Shown: positions 19,175-29,422 of the stretch, piece after piece
Layout of the letters: each line of letters starts with the position of its first letter
How positions within the stretch are numbered: the stretch's first letter is position 1
Source of the DNA: Lachnospiraceae bacterium
GTDB taxonomy: Bacteria; Bacillota; Clostridia; Lachnospirales; Lachnospiraceae
Direction of reading: 5' to 3'
Assembly (NCBI GenBank): GCA_015057585.1
Contig: SVEF01000013.1
Coordinates: 27,054-91,053 of the forward strand
Length of the DNA stretch: 64,000 nucleotides
Translations under genes and position numbers: made by a program
Notes under the pieces: generated by a model
What the model saw: the letters and a program-made list of their open reading frames with translations, nothing else
The model's database searches: none
Told to the model about the DNA's origin: nothing

Positions 19175-20785
19175 ATGCAGGCATTTTCCAATCAACAACT
19201 GAATCATATCGCATCGCAAAATTACCGCACGTTGCTTCGGTTTTGTACGGTACTTGAGGAGGAGGGTTACTGGGAGCAGGCAGAGCAGGTACTGCACTTA
19301 AAGTCCGAGAAAGTACTTGAGATTTACGTGCAGTCGCTTTTGGTGTGCTTTTCTGTCTATTGCAGACATTTTACAGCGCAGGAGAAGGAGTTTATCGCCT
19401 CTCTTTCGGAGAAGAATGAACTGGCCTTTACCGAAGAACGTGAGGACGAAAAGATTGCGCTTGCGGCAGAGCGTTTCCAGAATCATCCGCCGATCTTATA
19501 CCAGCTTTTGTCCCTTCGGGATTTGGAGCACGGCTCCGGTATGGCGGGGCTGTTTTTTGACGGCGTATTAAATATTATGCTTTGCCTGTCCTATTTGGAC
19601 GGAAAGAGAGAAGCCATTGCGACAAAGTATCTTGGCATTTATTTTGACAGAATCAGCATGTTTTTGCAAAATTCCAAACATCCGGGACAAGCCGTGGACA
19701 GCAAATATATTTTTAAGAAATTGTGTAACGGTGAACTGGAAAAGAGTAATGATGAGATCGTAAAGGCAGACGGAAACTTTGAATTATATAAAAGACGGCA
19801 TCTGTTTTACCGTTCCGAACAGATGGAAAGCGTGCAGACGGCTACGGTAAAGCCGATGCAGCCGGCAGAAGCACAGTTATTATCAGAAGCGGAAGAAAGC
19901 CGTGAGGAAGAAGTACAGGTGCAGACAAAGGAACAGGCTGTTTTGGACGCCGTCCAGTCGGCACATCTGGATGCCTTGGTAGAGGAACTGAATGCACTGG
20001 TCGGATTAAAAGAAGTAAAGACGGAAATCCGTTCGTTGATCAATCTGATTAAGGTGCGTAAGATGAGAGAGAAATATTGTCTTCCGGAGATTGAAATGTC
20101 GTATCACATGGTATTTACGGGAAATCCGGGTACCGGAAAGACGACCCTTGCACGTCTGGTTGGCAAAATATATAAAGAACTTGGGATCTTGACACACGGG
20201 GAAATGACAGAGACAGACCGCTCCGGACTGGTTGCCGGATATGTCGGACAGACGGCACTTAAGGTAAAAGAAGTGGTGGAAAAGGCCATTGGTGGTGTGC
20301 TGTTTATTGATGAAGCATATGCGCTTGCCTCCGCCGGAAGTAATGATTTCGGAGGGGAAGCAATAGATACCTTGGTAAAACTGATGGAAGACCACAGGGA
20401 AAATCTTGTGGTTATCGTAGCAGGGTATACCGAAGAAATGAAGCGGTTTTTGAAGTCTAACACGGGGCTTATGTCAAGATTTAACCGTTTTATCCCATTC
20501 CCGGATTATTCGACCGGAGAACTGGTGGAGATTTTAGCGGGAATGGCAAAAAAGGCAGGACTGGTACTGGAAGAAGGCCTGTCCGATAAAATAACTGCTT
20601 ATCTGGAGAAGATGACGGAAAAAGAACGTTATGAATTTGGTAATGCAAGAGGAATACGAAATCTGTTTGAAACGATGGTCGTGAATCAGGCTAACCGTAT
20701 CGTAACGATGGAAAACTGTTCGGTGGAGCAGTTGACATTGATTAAAGGAGAAGACATTTCATGGCTGGAAGAGAAAACGCAGTAA
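19175..20785 (+). CDS. SpoVK/CbxX-family AAA+ ATPase with a 280-aa N-terminal domain of unknown function
   Basis: Walker A GNPGTGKTT and Walker B LFIDEAY, plus the SpoVK-type arrangement VGLKEVKTEIRSLINL. Confidence 0.7.
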   Translation: MQAFSNQQLNHIASQNYRTLLRFCTVLEEEGYWEQAEQVLHLKSEKVLEIYVQSLLVCFSVYCRHFTAQEKEFIASLSEKNELAFTEEREDEKIALAAERFQNHPPILYQLLSLRDLEHGSGMAGLFFDGVLNIMLCLSYLDGKREAIATKYLGIYFDRISMFLQNSKHPGQAVDSKYIFKKLCNGELEKSNDEIVKADGNFELYKRRHLFYRSEQMESVQTATVKPMQPAEAQLLSEAEESREEEVQVQTKEQAVLDAVQSAHLDALVEELNALVGLKEVKTEIRSLINLIKVRKMREKYCLPEIEMSYHMVFTGNPGTGKTTLARLVGKIYKELGILTHGEMTETDRSGLVAGYVGQTALKVKEVVEKAIGGVLFIDEAYALASAGSNDFGGEAIDTLVKLMEDHRENLVVIVAGYTEEMKRFLKSNTGLMSRFNRFIPFPDYSTGELVEILAGMAKKAGLVLEEGLSDKITAYLEKMTEKERYEFGNARGIRNLFETMVVNQANRIVTMENCSVEQLTLIKGEDISWLEEKTQ

Positions 20786-21714
20786 TTTCCATTATCATGC
20801 CGGTATACAACGAGGGAGAACATATCAAGACCTCGGTCGGCAAGGTGGAGCAGTTGCTGAAGGAACATCAGATAGAGTATGAATTTGTGCTGGTGGACGA
20901 TGGTTCCAGGGACAATTCCTGGGCACAGATTTCGGAGCTTGCAAGAGAAAATAAAAAGGTGGTTTCGGTGCGTCTTTCCCGGAATTTTGGAAAAGAAGCA
21001 GCACTTTGTGCGGGCCTTGATGCAGCACGCGGGGATGCAGTGATTGTTATGGACTCGGATTTGCAACACCCGATGGAACTGATTCCGGAGATGGTGGCAG
21101 CCTGGAGGGATGAGCACTATGACGTGGTAGAAGGCGTAAAGTCTTCCAGAGGAAAAGAAGGGCTCATCTATAAGTGTTGTGCGAAGGGATTTTATTCGAT
21201 TTTACTTAAAATGACGGGAATCGATTTGAGAAACGCATCGGATTATAAACTGCTCGACCGAAAGGTAGTGGAAGCGATGCAGACGATGCCGGAAAAGGTG
21301 ACTTTTTTCCGTGGCATGTCGGCATGGGTAGGCTTTGAGCGGAAGAGACTGCCGTTTGAAGTGAAGGAACGTGTCATGGGCACAACCAAATGGTCCGTCA
21401 GACGTCTGGCAGGACTTGCTTTTTCTGCAATTACGTCGTATACTTCGGCACCGCTTCAGCTGGTTACGATTCTTGGAGTGCTGATGTTTTTGGTATCCAT
21501 TGTGCTGGGAGCGCAGACTCTCATCCGTTATCTGATGGGAAATGCGATGGAAGGATTTACGACAGTCATTCTGTTGCAGCTCTTTATCGGAAGTTTACTG
21601 ATGATCAGTCTTGGTATTATCGGTATGTACCTGATGAAAATCTATCATGAAATCAAGGGCAGACCGCGTTATCTGGTGGCTAGAAAAATTAAGGACGGAG
21701 AAGAAGAATGTTAG
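20761..21714 (+). CDS. GT2 polyprenol-phosphate sugar transferase (GtrB/CsbB-like) with C-terminal TM helices
   Basis: ISIIMPVYNE...VLVDDGS...DSDLQHP and two C-terminal TM helices. Overlaps the upstream gene by 25 nt. Confidence 0.7.
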   Translation: MAGRENAVISIIMPVYNEGEHIKTSVGKVEQLLKEHQIEYEFVLVDDGSRDNSWAQISELARENKKVVSVRLSRNFGKEAALCAGLDAARGDAVIVMDSDLQHPMELIPEMVAAWRDEHYDVVEGVKSSRGKEGLIYKCCAKGFYSILLKMTGIDLRNASDYKLLDRKVVEAMQTMPEKVTFFRGMSAWVGFERKRLPFEVKERVMGTTKWSVRRLAGLAFSAITSYTSAPLQLVTILGVLMFLVSIVLGAQTLIRYLMGNAMEGFTTVILLQLFIGSLLMISLGIIGMYLMKIYHEIKGRPRYLVARKIKDGEEEC

Positions 21715-23771
21715 GAGTGCTTTTTATTCTATTATGCGTGATGCTCGGACGCATTTTGTGTGATTATTTTTTGAAGAATCTGGACCGGGTGATTGCAAAG
21801 ACCGAGGTTCCGGCCTTTTTGGTAAAACTTCCGGCGTGGTACCTGACCGGTACGTTGATTGTTACCTGGCTGGTTTATCTGGTTTCGTATCTGTTCCAAA
21901 ATACAAAGAAACCATTATTCTTCGGAAACCTGATTGTCCTTTTGATGGTTGCAGCGGTTATCGCGGTTGTTTTGGTTTTGGAACACAAAAATCAGAAAAG
22001 AACGTTTCAGGCAGAAGAACTGATTGCATTTTTTGACGGCAGGGCAAAAGAGAAAAAGGGAAGTTTGATTCCGTTTTACTTTGCACTGCTTGCATTTGCA
22101 TTTGTAACATACCTGATGTTTTTAACTTTGAAATGGAAGGACGGAAGTCTTTTTGTCGGACATTCGGTATTCAGTGACTTTGCGCCGCATCTTGGGATGA
22201 TTCGTTCATTTTCGGCAAGTAATAACTTCCCGACACAGTATGCACATTTTGCCGGCGAAGACGTAAAATATCATTTCATGTTCCAGTTTATGGTGGGAAA
22301 TCTTGAGTATTTAGGCATGCGGATTGATTTTGCGTTTAACCTGCCGAGTATTTTCGGTATGGCAGCGGTGTATCTGCTTTTGTTTGTACTGGTAGTCCGG
22401 ATTACCAAAAGCAGATTGTGCGGATATCTGACCGCATTGTTTTTTACCTTCCGCAGTTCGTTTTCGGTATTCCGTTTTATGGCGGAGCAGGCCGGAGATA
22501 ATGTATGGAAGGCGTTGAAGGAAAATACGGAGTTTCTTGGTTACACGGATAAGGAAAACTGGGGGCTTTGGAATTTAAATGTGTATTGTAACCAGAGACA
22601 TTTGGCATTTGCGCTGGCTTTCTTGCTTTTGGCAGTTATCATCTTCTATCCTTATGTGGAGAAGATGGCAAAGAAGTTAAACGAAGTGGCAAAAGGAGAG
22701 GATGCCCTGGTATACCGTGTGGAACAGGTGCGGACGTTGTTCTTCTCTAAAAATGCATTTGGAGTGTATAACCTTCGCACGGCGATTGCCATGGGTGTAT
22801 TTTTGGGAGCGTTGGCATTCTGGAACGGCTCGGTTGTTATTGCGACACTTGCCATGCTCTTTTTTATGGCGGCGGTTTCGGATTACCGTCTGGACTATCT
22901 GATTACGGCATTGATTGCGCTTGGAATGTCGTTGCTTCAGTCATCACTGTTCATTACGGGAGCGGCGGTGTCTCCGGAGTTCTTTTTCGGATTTTTGGCA
23001 GAAAATAAGACCTTTTGGGGTGTAGTGATTTACACGGTAGAGCTGACCGGAATTGTGCTGTTTGCAGCGCTTGCCGGTGCATGTCTGATGAAGGGTGTCA
23101 AAAGATACATGCTGTTTGTATTTTTTGTACCGTACATTCTGGCCTTTACCCTGAATCTGATTAAAACAGACATTCCGTCTTATTATATTGCGGTAAATCA
23201 CAAATGGATTATGATGTCACTGATGCTGGTTTCTATGTTTGCAGCTTGGCTGATAGTGGAACTGATTCGTTCGGGCGACTGGATGAAACGGGGAATTGCA
23301 GTCCTGCTTGTTGTGATGCTGACAGCAACCGGAGCCTACGAACTGACGACCGTAGTAAAAAGAAACGAGGGATATCTGGTATTTGCAAAGGATGACCCTG
23401 TGACAAACTGGGTGATGGAGAATGCAACGTGTGACGATATGTTTCTGACACCACCATATGCTTTGAACAATGTGGTAATGGGCGGCGCTATGCTGTATTA
23501 CGGACATTCGTATTATGCGGCATCGGCAGGCTATGATACGTATGAGCGTCATGTAGAGGTTGCCAGAATGTACGAAGCATCTTCTTCGGAAGAGTTGAGA
23601 CAGTTGGTAGAGGAAAACAAAATCCGCTATATCATAGTGGATTTTGACTGCAGGACAAGTTCGGATTATGATGTGCGCGAAGACGTGATTGAAAGCACAT
23701 TCGAAGTGGTATTTGAACAGGATTCCGGAGACTGGGCGTTCCGGATTTTCGATACACAGAAAGTAAAATAA
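21708..23771 (+). CDS. Large polytopic membrane protein, putative GT-C-type glycosyltransferase (YfhO-like partner of the GT2)
   Basis: More than 12 TM helices plus a C-terminal soluble domain. Translationally coupled to the GtrB-like gene. Confidence 0.45.
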   Translation: MLGVLFILLCVMLGRILCDYFLKNLDRVIAKTEVPAFLVKLPAWYLTGTLIVTWLVYLVSYLFQNTKKPLFFGNLIVLLMVAAVIAVVLVLEHKNQKRTFQAEELIAFFDGRAKEKKGSLIPFYFALLAFAFVTYLMFLTLKWKDGSLFVGHSVFSDFAPHLGMIRSFSASNNFPTQYAHFAGEDVKYHFMFQFMVGNLEYLGMRIDFAFNLPSIFGMAAVYLLLFVLVVRITKSRLCGYLTALFFTFRSSFSVFRFMAEQAGDNVWKALKENTEFLGYTDKENWGLWNLNVYCNQRHLAFALAFLLLAVIIFYPYVEKMAKKLNEVAKGEDALVYRVEQVRTLFFSKNAFGVYNLRTAIAMGVFLGALAFWNGSVVIATLAMLFFMAAVSDYRLDYLITALIALGMSLLQSSLFITGAAVSPEFFFGFLAENKTFWGVVIYTVELTGIVLFAALAGACLMKGVKRYMLFVFFVPYILAFTLNLIKTDIPSYYIAVNHKWIMMSLMLVSMFAAWLIVELIRSGDWMKRGIAVLLVVMLTATGAYELTTVVKRNEGYLVFAKDDPVTNWVMENATCDDMFLTPPYALNNVVMGGAMLYYGHSYYAASAGYDTYERHVEVARMYEASSSEELRQLVEENKIRYIIVDFDCRTSSDYDVREDVIESTFEVVFEQDSGDWAFRIFDTQKVK

Positions 23772-23786
23772 AGGAGACAGGAGAAT

Positions 23787-24884
23787 ATGGGAATGAAGTA
23801 TGAATATGTCATTGTCGGTGCGGGAATTGCCGGACTTACGATGGCAGAACGTATTGCAAATGTACTTAACAAAAAGGTCCTTGTAATTGAAAAGAGAAAC
23901 CACATCGGGGGAAACATTTTTGATTCCTATAATGAAGACGGGATTCTGATTCACAATTACGGACCGCATATCTTCCATACCAATGATAAGGGCGTCTATG
24001 ATTACCTGAGTCAGTTTACGGCATGGAGAGACTTCTGGCACAGAGTGCTGACCTGCGTGGACGGCAACATGATTCCGATGCCGATTACGCTAGAGACGAT
24101 TAACCAGCTTTATAATACCAACTTTACCGGCGAAGAAATGGAAGCGTTCTTAAAGGAAAGGGCAGAGGACATTCCGGAGGTAAAGACCAGTAAGGATGTT
24201 GTTTTAAGCAAAGCCGGTGAAGAGATTTATCAAAAGTTTTTTGAAAACTATACGAAGAAGCAGTGGGGGCTTGACCCGGCACTCATTGATACTGCGGTAA
24301 TTTCCAGGATTCCGGTGCGCTTTAACCGGGATACCAGATATTTTGCCGACAAGTATCAGGGAATGCCAAAGCACGGCTATACGAAGATGTGTGAAGCGAT
24401 GGTGGCAAATCCAAACATCAAGTTGCTATTAAACACAGACTATAAAGAAGTCATTGACGATATCGAGTATGATAAGTTAATTTACACCGGACCGACCGAT
24501 TATTTCTATGATTATAAATATGGAAAGATGGCGTACCGCAGTCTCGACTTTGTCTTCGAAACGTATGACGAGGAGGAGTATCAACCGGCACCGGTGGTCA
24601 ACTATCCAAACGATTACGATTATACACGTATTACGGAGTTCAAGAAATTGACAGGGCAGAAGCATGCCAAAACTACAATTATGAAGGAATTCCCAAAGAG
24701 CGAGGGAGAACCATATTATCCGTATCCGACAAAGGAATATAAGGAGCAGTTTGCAAAATACCGTGAGGAAATGGATAAGGAAACCAAAGTGTTTTTCTTG
24801 GGACGTCTGGCAGAGTACCGCTATTACAATATCGATGCCGTAGTCAGAAGTGCACTTGATTTGTTTGAAAGAATCAGTAAATAA
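23787..24884 (+). CDS. glf: UDP-galactopyranose mutase
   Basis: FAD-binding YVIVGAGIAGL...GPHIFHTND and the Glf core. Confidence 0.85.
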   Translation: MGMKYEYVIVGAGIAGLTMAERIANVLNKKVLVIEKRNHIGGNIFDSYNEDGILIHNYGPHIFHTNDKGVYDYLSQFTAWRDFWHRVLTCVDGNMIPMPITLETINQLYNTNFTGEEMEAFLKERAEDIPEVKTSKDVVLSKAGEEIYQKFFENYTKKQWGLDPALIDTAVISRIPVRFNRDTRYFADKYQGMPKHGYTKMCEAMVANPNIKLLLNTDYKEVIDDIEYDKLIYTGPTDYFYDYKYGKMAYRSLDFVFETYDEEEYQPAPVVNYPNDYDYTRITEFKKLTGQKHAKTTIMKEFPKSEGEPYYPYPTKEYKEQFAKYREEMDKETKVFFLGRLAEYRYYNIDAVVRSALDLFERISK

Positions 24885-24896
24885 AGGAGAATCGGA

Positions 24897-25613
24897 ATGG
24901 ATAAGTTATATATTGTGATTCCGGCTTATAATGAGCAGGATAATATTGATGAAGTGGTAAAAGACTGGTATCCGGTTGTGGAAAAGGCAGGTCCGGCCAG
25001 CCGTCTTGTGATTATCGATGACGGAAGTAAGGATGAGACCTATGAAAAACTCCTGGCACTGGCGAAGGACCGCCCGCAGATGGAGCCGGTACATAAGGAA
25101 AACGGTGGACATGGTGCGACAGTGCTGTTCGGTTACAATTATGCGATTGAAAAAGGGGCAGATTATATCTTCCAGACTGACTCTGACGGACAGACCCTTC
25201 CTTCCGAGTTTGATGCATTCTGGAATCTGAGGGAAGATTATGACATGGTAATCGGTCACAGAAAGGGCCGTCAGGACGGATTTTCCAGAGTCTTTGTAAC
25301 GAAGGTATTAAAGGCTGTCTGCTTGATTTGTTTCCATGTCAATGTCCAGGATGCCAATACCCCGTTCCGCCTGATGAAGGCAGAAAGCCTGAAAAAGGAA
25401 ATCGCCTATATTCCGAAGGACTATAACCTGGCAAATGTCATTGTATCCGTGTTGTTTATTAAGAAGGGTTACAAGGTAAAATATCTGCCGATTACATTCC
25501 GTCCGAGACAGGGTGGTGTGAATTCCATTAACTTTAAGAAGATTACGAAAATCGGACAGAAGGCATTAAAGGATTTCATCCGGATTAATAAAATTATTAA
25601 GGCATCAGAATAG
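24897..25613 (+). CDS. GT2 glycosyltransferase (soluble GtrB-like catalytic domain)
   Basis: LYIVIPAYNE...IIDDGSKD...QTDSDGQ. Confidence 0.65.
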   Translation: MDKLYIVIPAYNEQDNIDEVVKDWYPVVEKAGPASRLVIIDDGSKDETYEKLLALAKDRPQMEPVHKENGGHGATVLFGYNYAIEKGADYIFQTDSDGQTLPSEFDAFWNLREDYDMVIGHRKGRQDGFSRVFVTKVLKAVCLICFHVNVQDANTPFRLMKAESLKKEIAYIPKDYNLANVIVSVLFIKKGYKVKYLPITFRPRQGGVNSINFKKITKIGQKALKDFIRINKIIKASE

Positions 25614-25628
25614 TTTGGGAGACAGAGT

Positions 25629-28049
25629 ATGAGTACAAAGCAAAACAAAAGAACGCAGGATATTTCCCTGCCGGTTCTTGAAATTATTATTTTACTGGTG
25701 GCATATGTAACGATCTGTATGCTCGGTTATTTTTTTCTGGGAGCAGAGTTTAAGGCAGTGATGCAATGGTGGGGCACACTGGTTCTCTTGGGACTTTCCT
25801 GTCTTCCTCTTTCGGGGCTCCTGTTTTCCGGGTTCCATGACGGCGGCTGGATGTTTTCCAAAACCATCGGCCTGGCGCTTTCCGGCTGGCTTCTCTGGGT
25901 ATTGTCGTCAATGCATATTTTAAAGTTCACAAAGATGAGTACAATTGTTGTTGTACTTTTCGTATTTTTATTAAATTATGCAGGCATGGCGCTGGCAAAG
26001 AGATCAGATAAAGCATCTGCATGGTTGCAGAAAGTACGTGCAAAATCGCAGACGGATGCTTCGCAAAAACTGGTGCTGGCATTGACGTTTGAATTGTTGT
26101 TCCTTGTGATCTTTATTGTAGCAAGCTACATCAAATGTTACAATCCGCAGGCTTACGGCACAGAAAAGTTCATGGATTACGGTTTTATGACTTCCATGAT
26201 GCGTAGTGACTATATGCCACCGGAAGATTTATGGTATTCCGGTACGACATTAAATTACTATTATCTGGGACAGTATTTTGCTACTTTTGTAACCAAACTT
26301 TCCGGAGTTACGGTAAATGACGGCTACAATCTGGCGCTGATTATGTTGTGCGCATTCTGTTTCATGCTGGTTTACTCCATCCTTTATGAAGTAATGCAGG
26401 TGACCATCCGATTGCGCAATGAAAAGAAAAAGGATGCTGTGGCTGCAGATACAAAGAACTACTGGCTGATTTCAGAGCCGGTTGCGGTTATAATTTCCCA
26501 TGTAGCAGGTATTGTGGGCGGTGTTGCAACAACATTTGCGGGTAATATGCATTATACCGTGTTTGCAAAGGTGGTTCCAGCCGTGCAGAGCATGCTTGGA
26601 CTGGAAGTAGACAATTACTGGTTCCCGGATGCGACACGATATATCGGTTATCATCCGGAGACCAACGATAAGACAATTCATGAATTTCCGTCGTATTCGT
26701 TTGTACTCGGTGATTTGCATGCGCATGTAACAAATATTATGTTTGTACTTACCGTAGTTGGTATTTTGCTTGCGTGGCTGTTGTATCGGGAAGAAAAGAT
26801 GGCAGCGGTCAAAGAAGGAAAACTGATGCCTGCCTGCAAGAAGTGGACGGATGCACTTGATTTGACAGAAATTTTTCATCCGGCGATTTTAATGGTTGGC
26901 TTTTTTATCGGTCTGTTCCAGATGACAAACTTCTGGGATTTCCCGATTTATTATGTGGTTTCGGGTGCAATTATTTTATTCAGTAATGCCGTGATTCACA
27001 GGTTCAAAAAGGAAAGTCTGATACTGACGGCAGCCCATGGTATTTTGGTAGTTGTTCTTGCAATGCTGGTATCGTTGCCGTTTACCATGAACTTTGAATC
27101 CATGTCCAGAGGAATTGCATTGTGTACTGACCATACACCGTTTTATCAGTTAATGATTCTCTGGGGACTGCCGCTTGCAGTGCTTGTGATGTATCTGGTT
27201 TCGCTGATTTACGAAAAGTCAGAGGAGAAGCTGTTTAACCATAAGAAGGGCTCCCTGCCGCTTCTGTTCCAGTTTATCAATAACCTGACCTTGCCGGAAC
27301 TGTTTATTCTGACCATCGGTCTTTGTGCAGCAGGGCTTGTATTGATGCCGGAAATTATTTATGTGGTAGATATTTATGGCGGACACAAGCGTGCCAATAC
27401 CATGTTCAAGTTGACTTATCAGGCGTTTATTTTATTCGGTGTTATGATGGGTTATGTAATTACCAAGTTTCTTCTCATGGCAAAGAATGTGAAGCAGGCA
27501 GTTGGCGGACTCATTACCGGATTTTTACTGCTTGGCACCGTAGGTTACATCGGTACTTCCGTAAACTCCTGGTTTGGTGATATCAAAGATACGACAAGAT
27601 TCCAGGGGCTGGATGCGGCTGCGTTTGTGTGGAATGAAAATGAACACGATGCGGAAGCAATCGATTGGATTAACGAAAATATTGAAGGGTCCGTGGTTAT
27701 GCTGGAGGCAAACGGTGACAGTTATACGTATGCAAACCGCGTTTCCGTTCTGACCGGTCTTCCGACCGTAATGGGTTGGTTTACGCATGAATGGCTGTGG
27801 AAAGACAGTAACGAAAAGGGCTATGAAAGAGCCAATGAACGTGCGGAGATTGTAAAGAGGATGTATACGTCGACGGATGCCGGAGAGATTCGGAAACTGA
27901 TGGAAGAGTACAACGTTTCTTACGTTTACGTCGGAGATCAGGAAAGAATCAAGTTCGCGGATACCGGAATTAATGAGGCTGCCATTTTGGCACTCGGAGA
28001 AATTGTATTCCAAAACGACGGTGTTTATATTGTAAAGGTTGCAAAATAA
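25629..28049 (+). CDS. Large polytopic membrane protein (806 aa), putative GT-C-like glycosyltransferase or polymer-modifying enzyme
   Basis: About 15 TM helices with a C-terminal extracytoplasmic domain. Forms a second GT2 plus giant-membrane-protein module. Confidence 0.4.
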   Translation: MSTKQNKRTQDISLPVLEIIILLVAYVTICMLGYFFLGAEFKAVMQWWGTLVLLGLSCLPLSGLLFSGFHDGGWMFSKTIGLALSGWLLWVLSSMHILKFTKMSTIVVVLFVFLLNYAGMALAKRSDKASAWLQKVRAKSQTDASQKLVLALTFELLFLVIFIVASYIKCYNPQAYGTEKFMDYGFMTSMMRSDYMPPEDLWYSGTTLNYYYLGQYFATFVTKLSGVTVNDGYNLALIMLCAFCFMLVYSILYEVMQVTIRLRNEKKKDAVAADTKNYWLISEPVAVIISHVAGIVGGVATTFAGNMHYTVFAKVVPAVQSMLGLEVDNYWFPDATRYIGYHPETNDKTIHEFPSYSFVLGDLHAHVTNIMFVLTVVGILLAWLLYREEKMAAVKEGKLMPACKKWTDALDLTEIFHPAILMVGFFIGLFQMTNFWDFPIYYVVSGAIILFSNAVIHRFKKESLILTAAHGILVVVLAMLVSLPFTMNFESMSRGIALCTDHTPFYQLMILWGLPLAVLVMYLVSLIYEKSEEKLFNHKKGSLPLLFQFINNLTLPELFILTIGLCAAGLVLMPEIIYVVDIYGGHKRANTMFKLTYQAFILFGVMMGYVITKFLLMAKNVKQAVGGLITGFLLLGTVGYIGTSVNSWFGDIKDTTRFQGLDAAAFVWNENEHDAEAIDWINENIEGSVVMLEANGDSYTYANRVSVLTGLPTVMGWFTHEWLWKDSNEKGYERANERAEIVKRMYTSTDAGEIRKLMEEYNVSYVYVGDQERIKFADTGINEAAILALGEIVFQNDGVYIVKVAK

Positions 28050-28061
28050 ATAGACATAAGA

Positions 28062-28108
28062 AAACCGCTGTATGAAATCCATTTAAGATTTTCATACAGC
28101 GGTTTTTG
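28062..28108. terminator. Bidirectional terminator between convergent genes
   Basis: Long perfect hairpin AACCGCTGTATGAAA...TTTCATACAGCGGTT followed by TTTTTG. Confidence 0.7.
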
Positions 28109-28116
28109 TCTGTTGG

Positions 28117-29040
28117 TTAGGAGGCAGTGTCCTCGTAGTAGGCCTTGATGGAAATGTCCTGACCGTAATCTCCGAAGTACTGTCCGAATAATGTCATACC
28201 GCCGCAGTTCGCTGTGTCTTTCGGGACAGAGAACTTTAAAGTAATGGAACTGTTATAATCGATGTTTAAGTCATCGATGGTATGATCGGATATTTTATGG
28301 GTTCCGTCAATGAAAGAACCTTCTTTGTTAATGATTAAAGTCTTTAATAAACCATACTGGTTTAACAGGTCCGGCCACCAGGACGGGGAAATCATGCCCT
28401 TTCTTGCACCGTAATCGCCCGGGCTGATCCATTTTCCTAAAGAAACCCCATTAATTTCAAAGTAAATATCACTCGGATAATCCTCGTTTACTTCCGGGCA
28501 TTCGGAAGAAATTTCAAAGGAAATCTGAAGCTCGGTCAATTTTTGTCCGGCATGGAGACGGTTTGGTAAGTCATACGTGATGCTGCCCCAGCCAATCCAA
28601 AGGATACCGGCACGGAAACGTTCCGGATAGGAGAACATTTTTGGGTTGTCCAGTTCGCCGATGATGCTGACAGGAGAAGCAAGACCGCAGGTTGGGTGGG
28701 CGTCAATTGCGATGTAGTGTCCGACCGAAATGTCATCCTTGTAGCAAGGACGTTCTGCACCTTGCGGAGCCAAATCTACAATGAGCTTATTATAGACCGG
28801 CTGTACCACTTTGCGGATGCCGCGTTTGCCGGAGGTGGTTTTGATGGTAACGAGTCCGGCTGCCTCTAATTTGCTTACATGCAAAGAGATGGCGCTGTTG
28901 GTTAATTCAAGGGTTTCCGCGAGGTCATTCAAACTTAAGTTGTTGTTTTCGTAAATCAATTCCATAATGCGCAGACGCATTGGCGTGCTGAGCGCTTTGA
29001 AGACTTCTTCTGCGTCTTTTAAGGAACGGAGATAATACAT
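28117..29040 (-). CDS. ArsR-type HTH transcriptional regulator with a ~210-aa C-terminal domain; likely regulator of the arabinan locus
   Basis: PMRLRIMELI...LSLNDLAETLELTNSAISLHVSKLEAAGLV. True start at 29040 (AAGGAG RBS); the track ORF runs to 29142. Divergent from the GH51 gene. Confidence 0.65.
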   Translation of the reverse strand: MYYLRSLKDAEEVFKALSTPMRLRIMELIYENNNLSLNDLAETLELTNSAISLHVSKLEAAGLVTIKTTSGKRGIRKVVQPVYNKLIVDLAPQGAERPCYKDDISVGHYIAIDAHPTCGLASPVSIIGELDNPKMFSYPERFRAGILWIGWGSITYDLPNRLHAGQKLTELQISFEISSECPEVNEDYPSDIYFEINGVSLGKWISPGDYGARKGMISPSWWPDLLNQYGLLKTLIINKEGSFIDGTHKISDHTIDDLNIDYNSSITLKFSVPKDTANCGGMTLFGQYFGDYGQDISIKAYYEDTAS

Positions 29041-29280
29041 AGAAACAGCTCCTTTCTTAAAGGTATATTTAAAAGTGAAATAGTGAAGCTTTTGTTTTAA
29101 AACATATATTTTGATTATATTTGAAAATATTGTTTTAGTCAAGAGTGGAGCAGTAAGGTTTTGAGTGAAAATGGCTTTTGGGCAAATTGCACAAAAAGCA
29201 GCATTGATTTTTTACACTTTGACGGAAAATTAACAAAAAAAGGTGTTGATTTTCTTTGAAAAATGGTATATGTTAAGAGT

Positions 29281-29320
29281 ATAGTCAAGTAAAAACGCTA
29301 ATAGTTAAGTAAAAAGTGAA
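29281..29320. promoter_or_regulatory. Tandem 20-bp direct repeat, candidate operator upstream of abfA
   Basis: ATAGTCAAGTAAAAACGCTA / ATAGTTAAGTAAAAAGTGAA, about 100 nt upstream of the abfA start. A related TAGTCAAG also occurs at about 29137. Confidence 0.4.
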
Positions 29321-29422
29321 ACACAAACAAAAATTCAGGTGAAAATTTGCCAGTATTTCGTAAATGAATGAAATTGATTTTGTTTGTTTTGTACAAAAAA
29401 GGAATGGAGGACACGGAAAATT

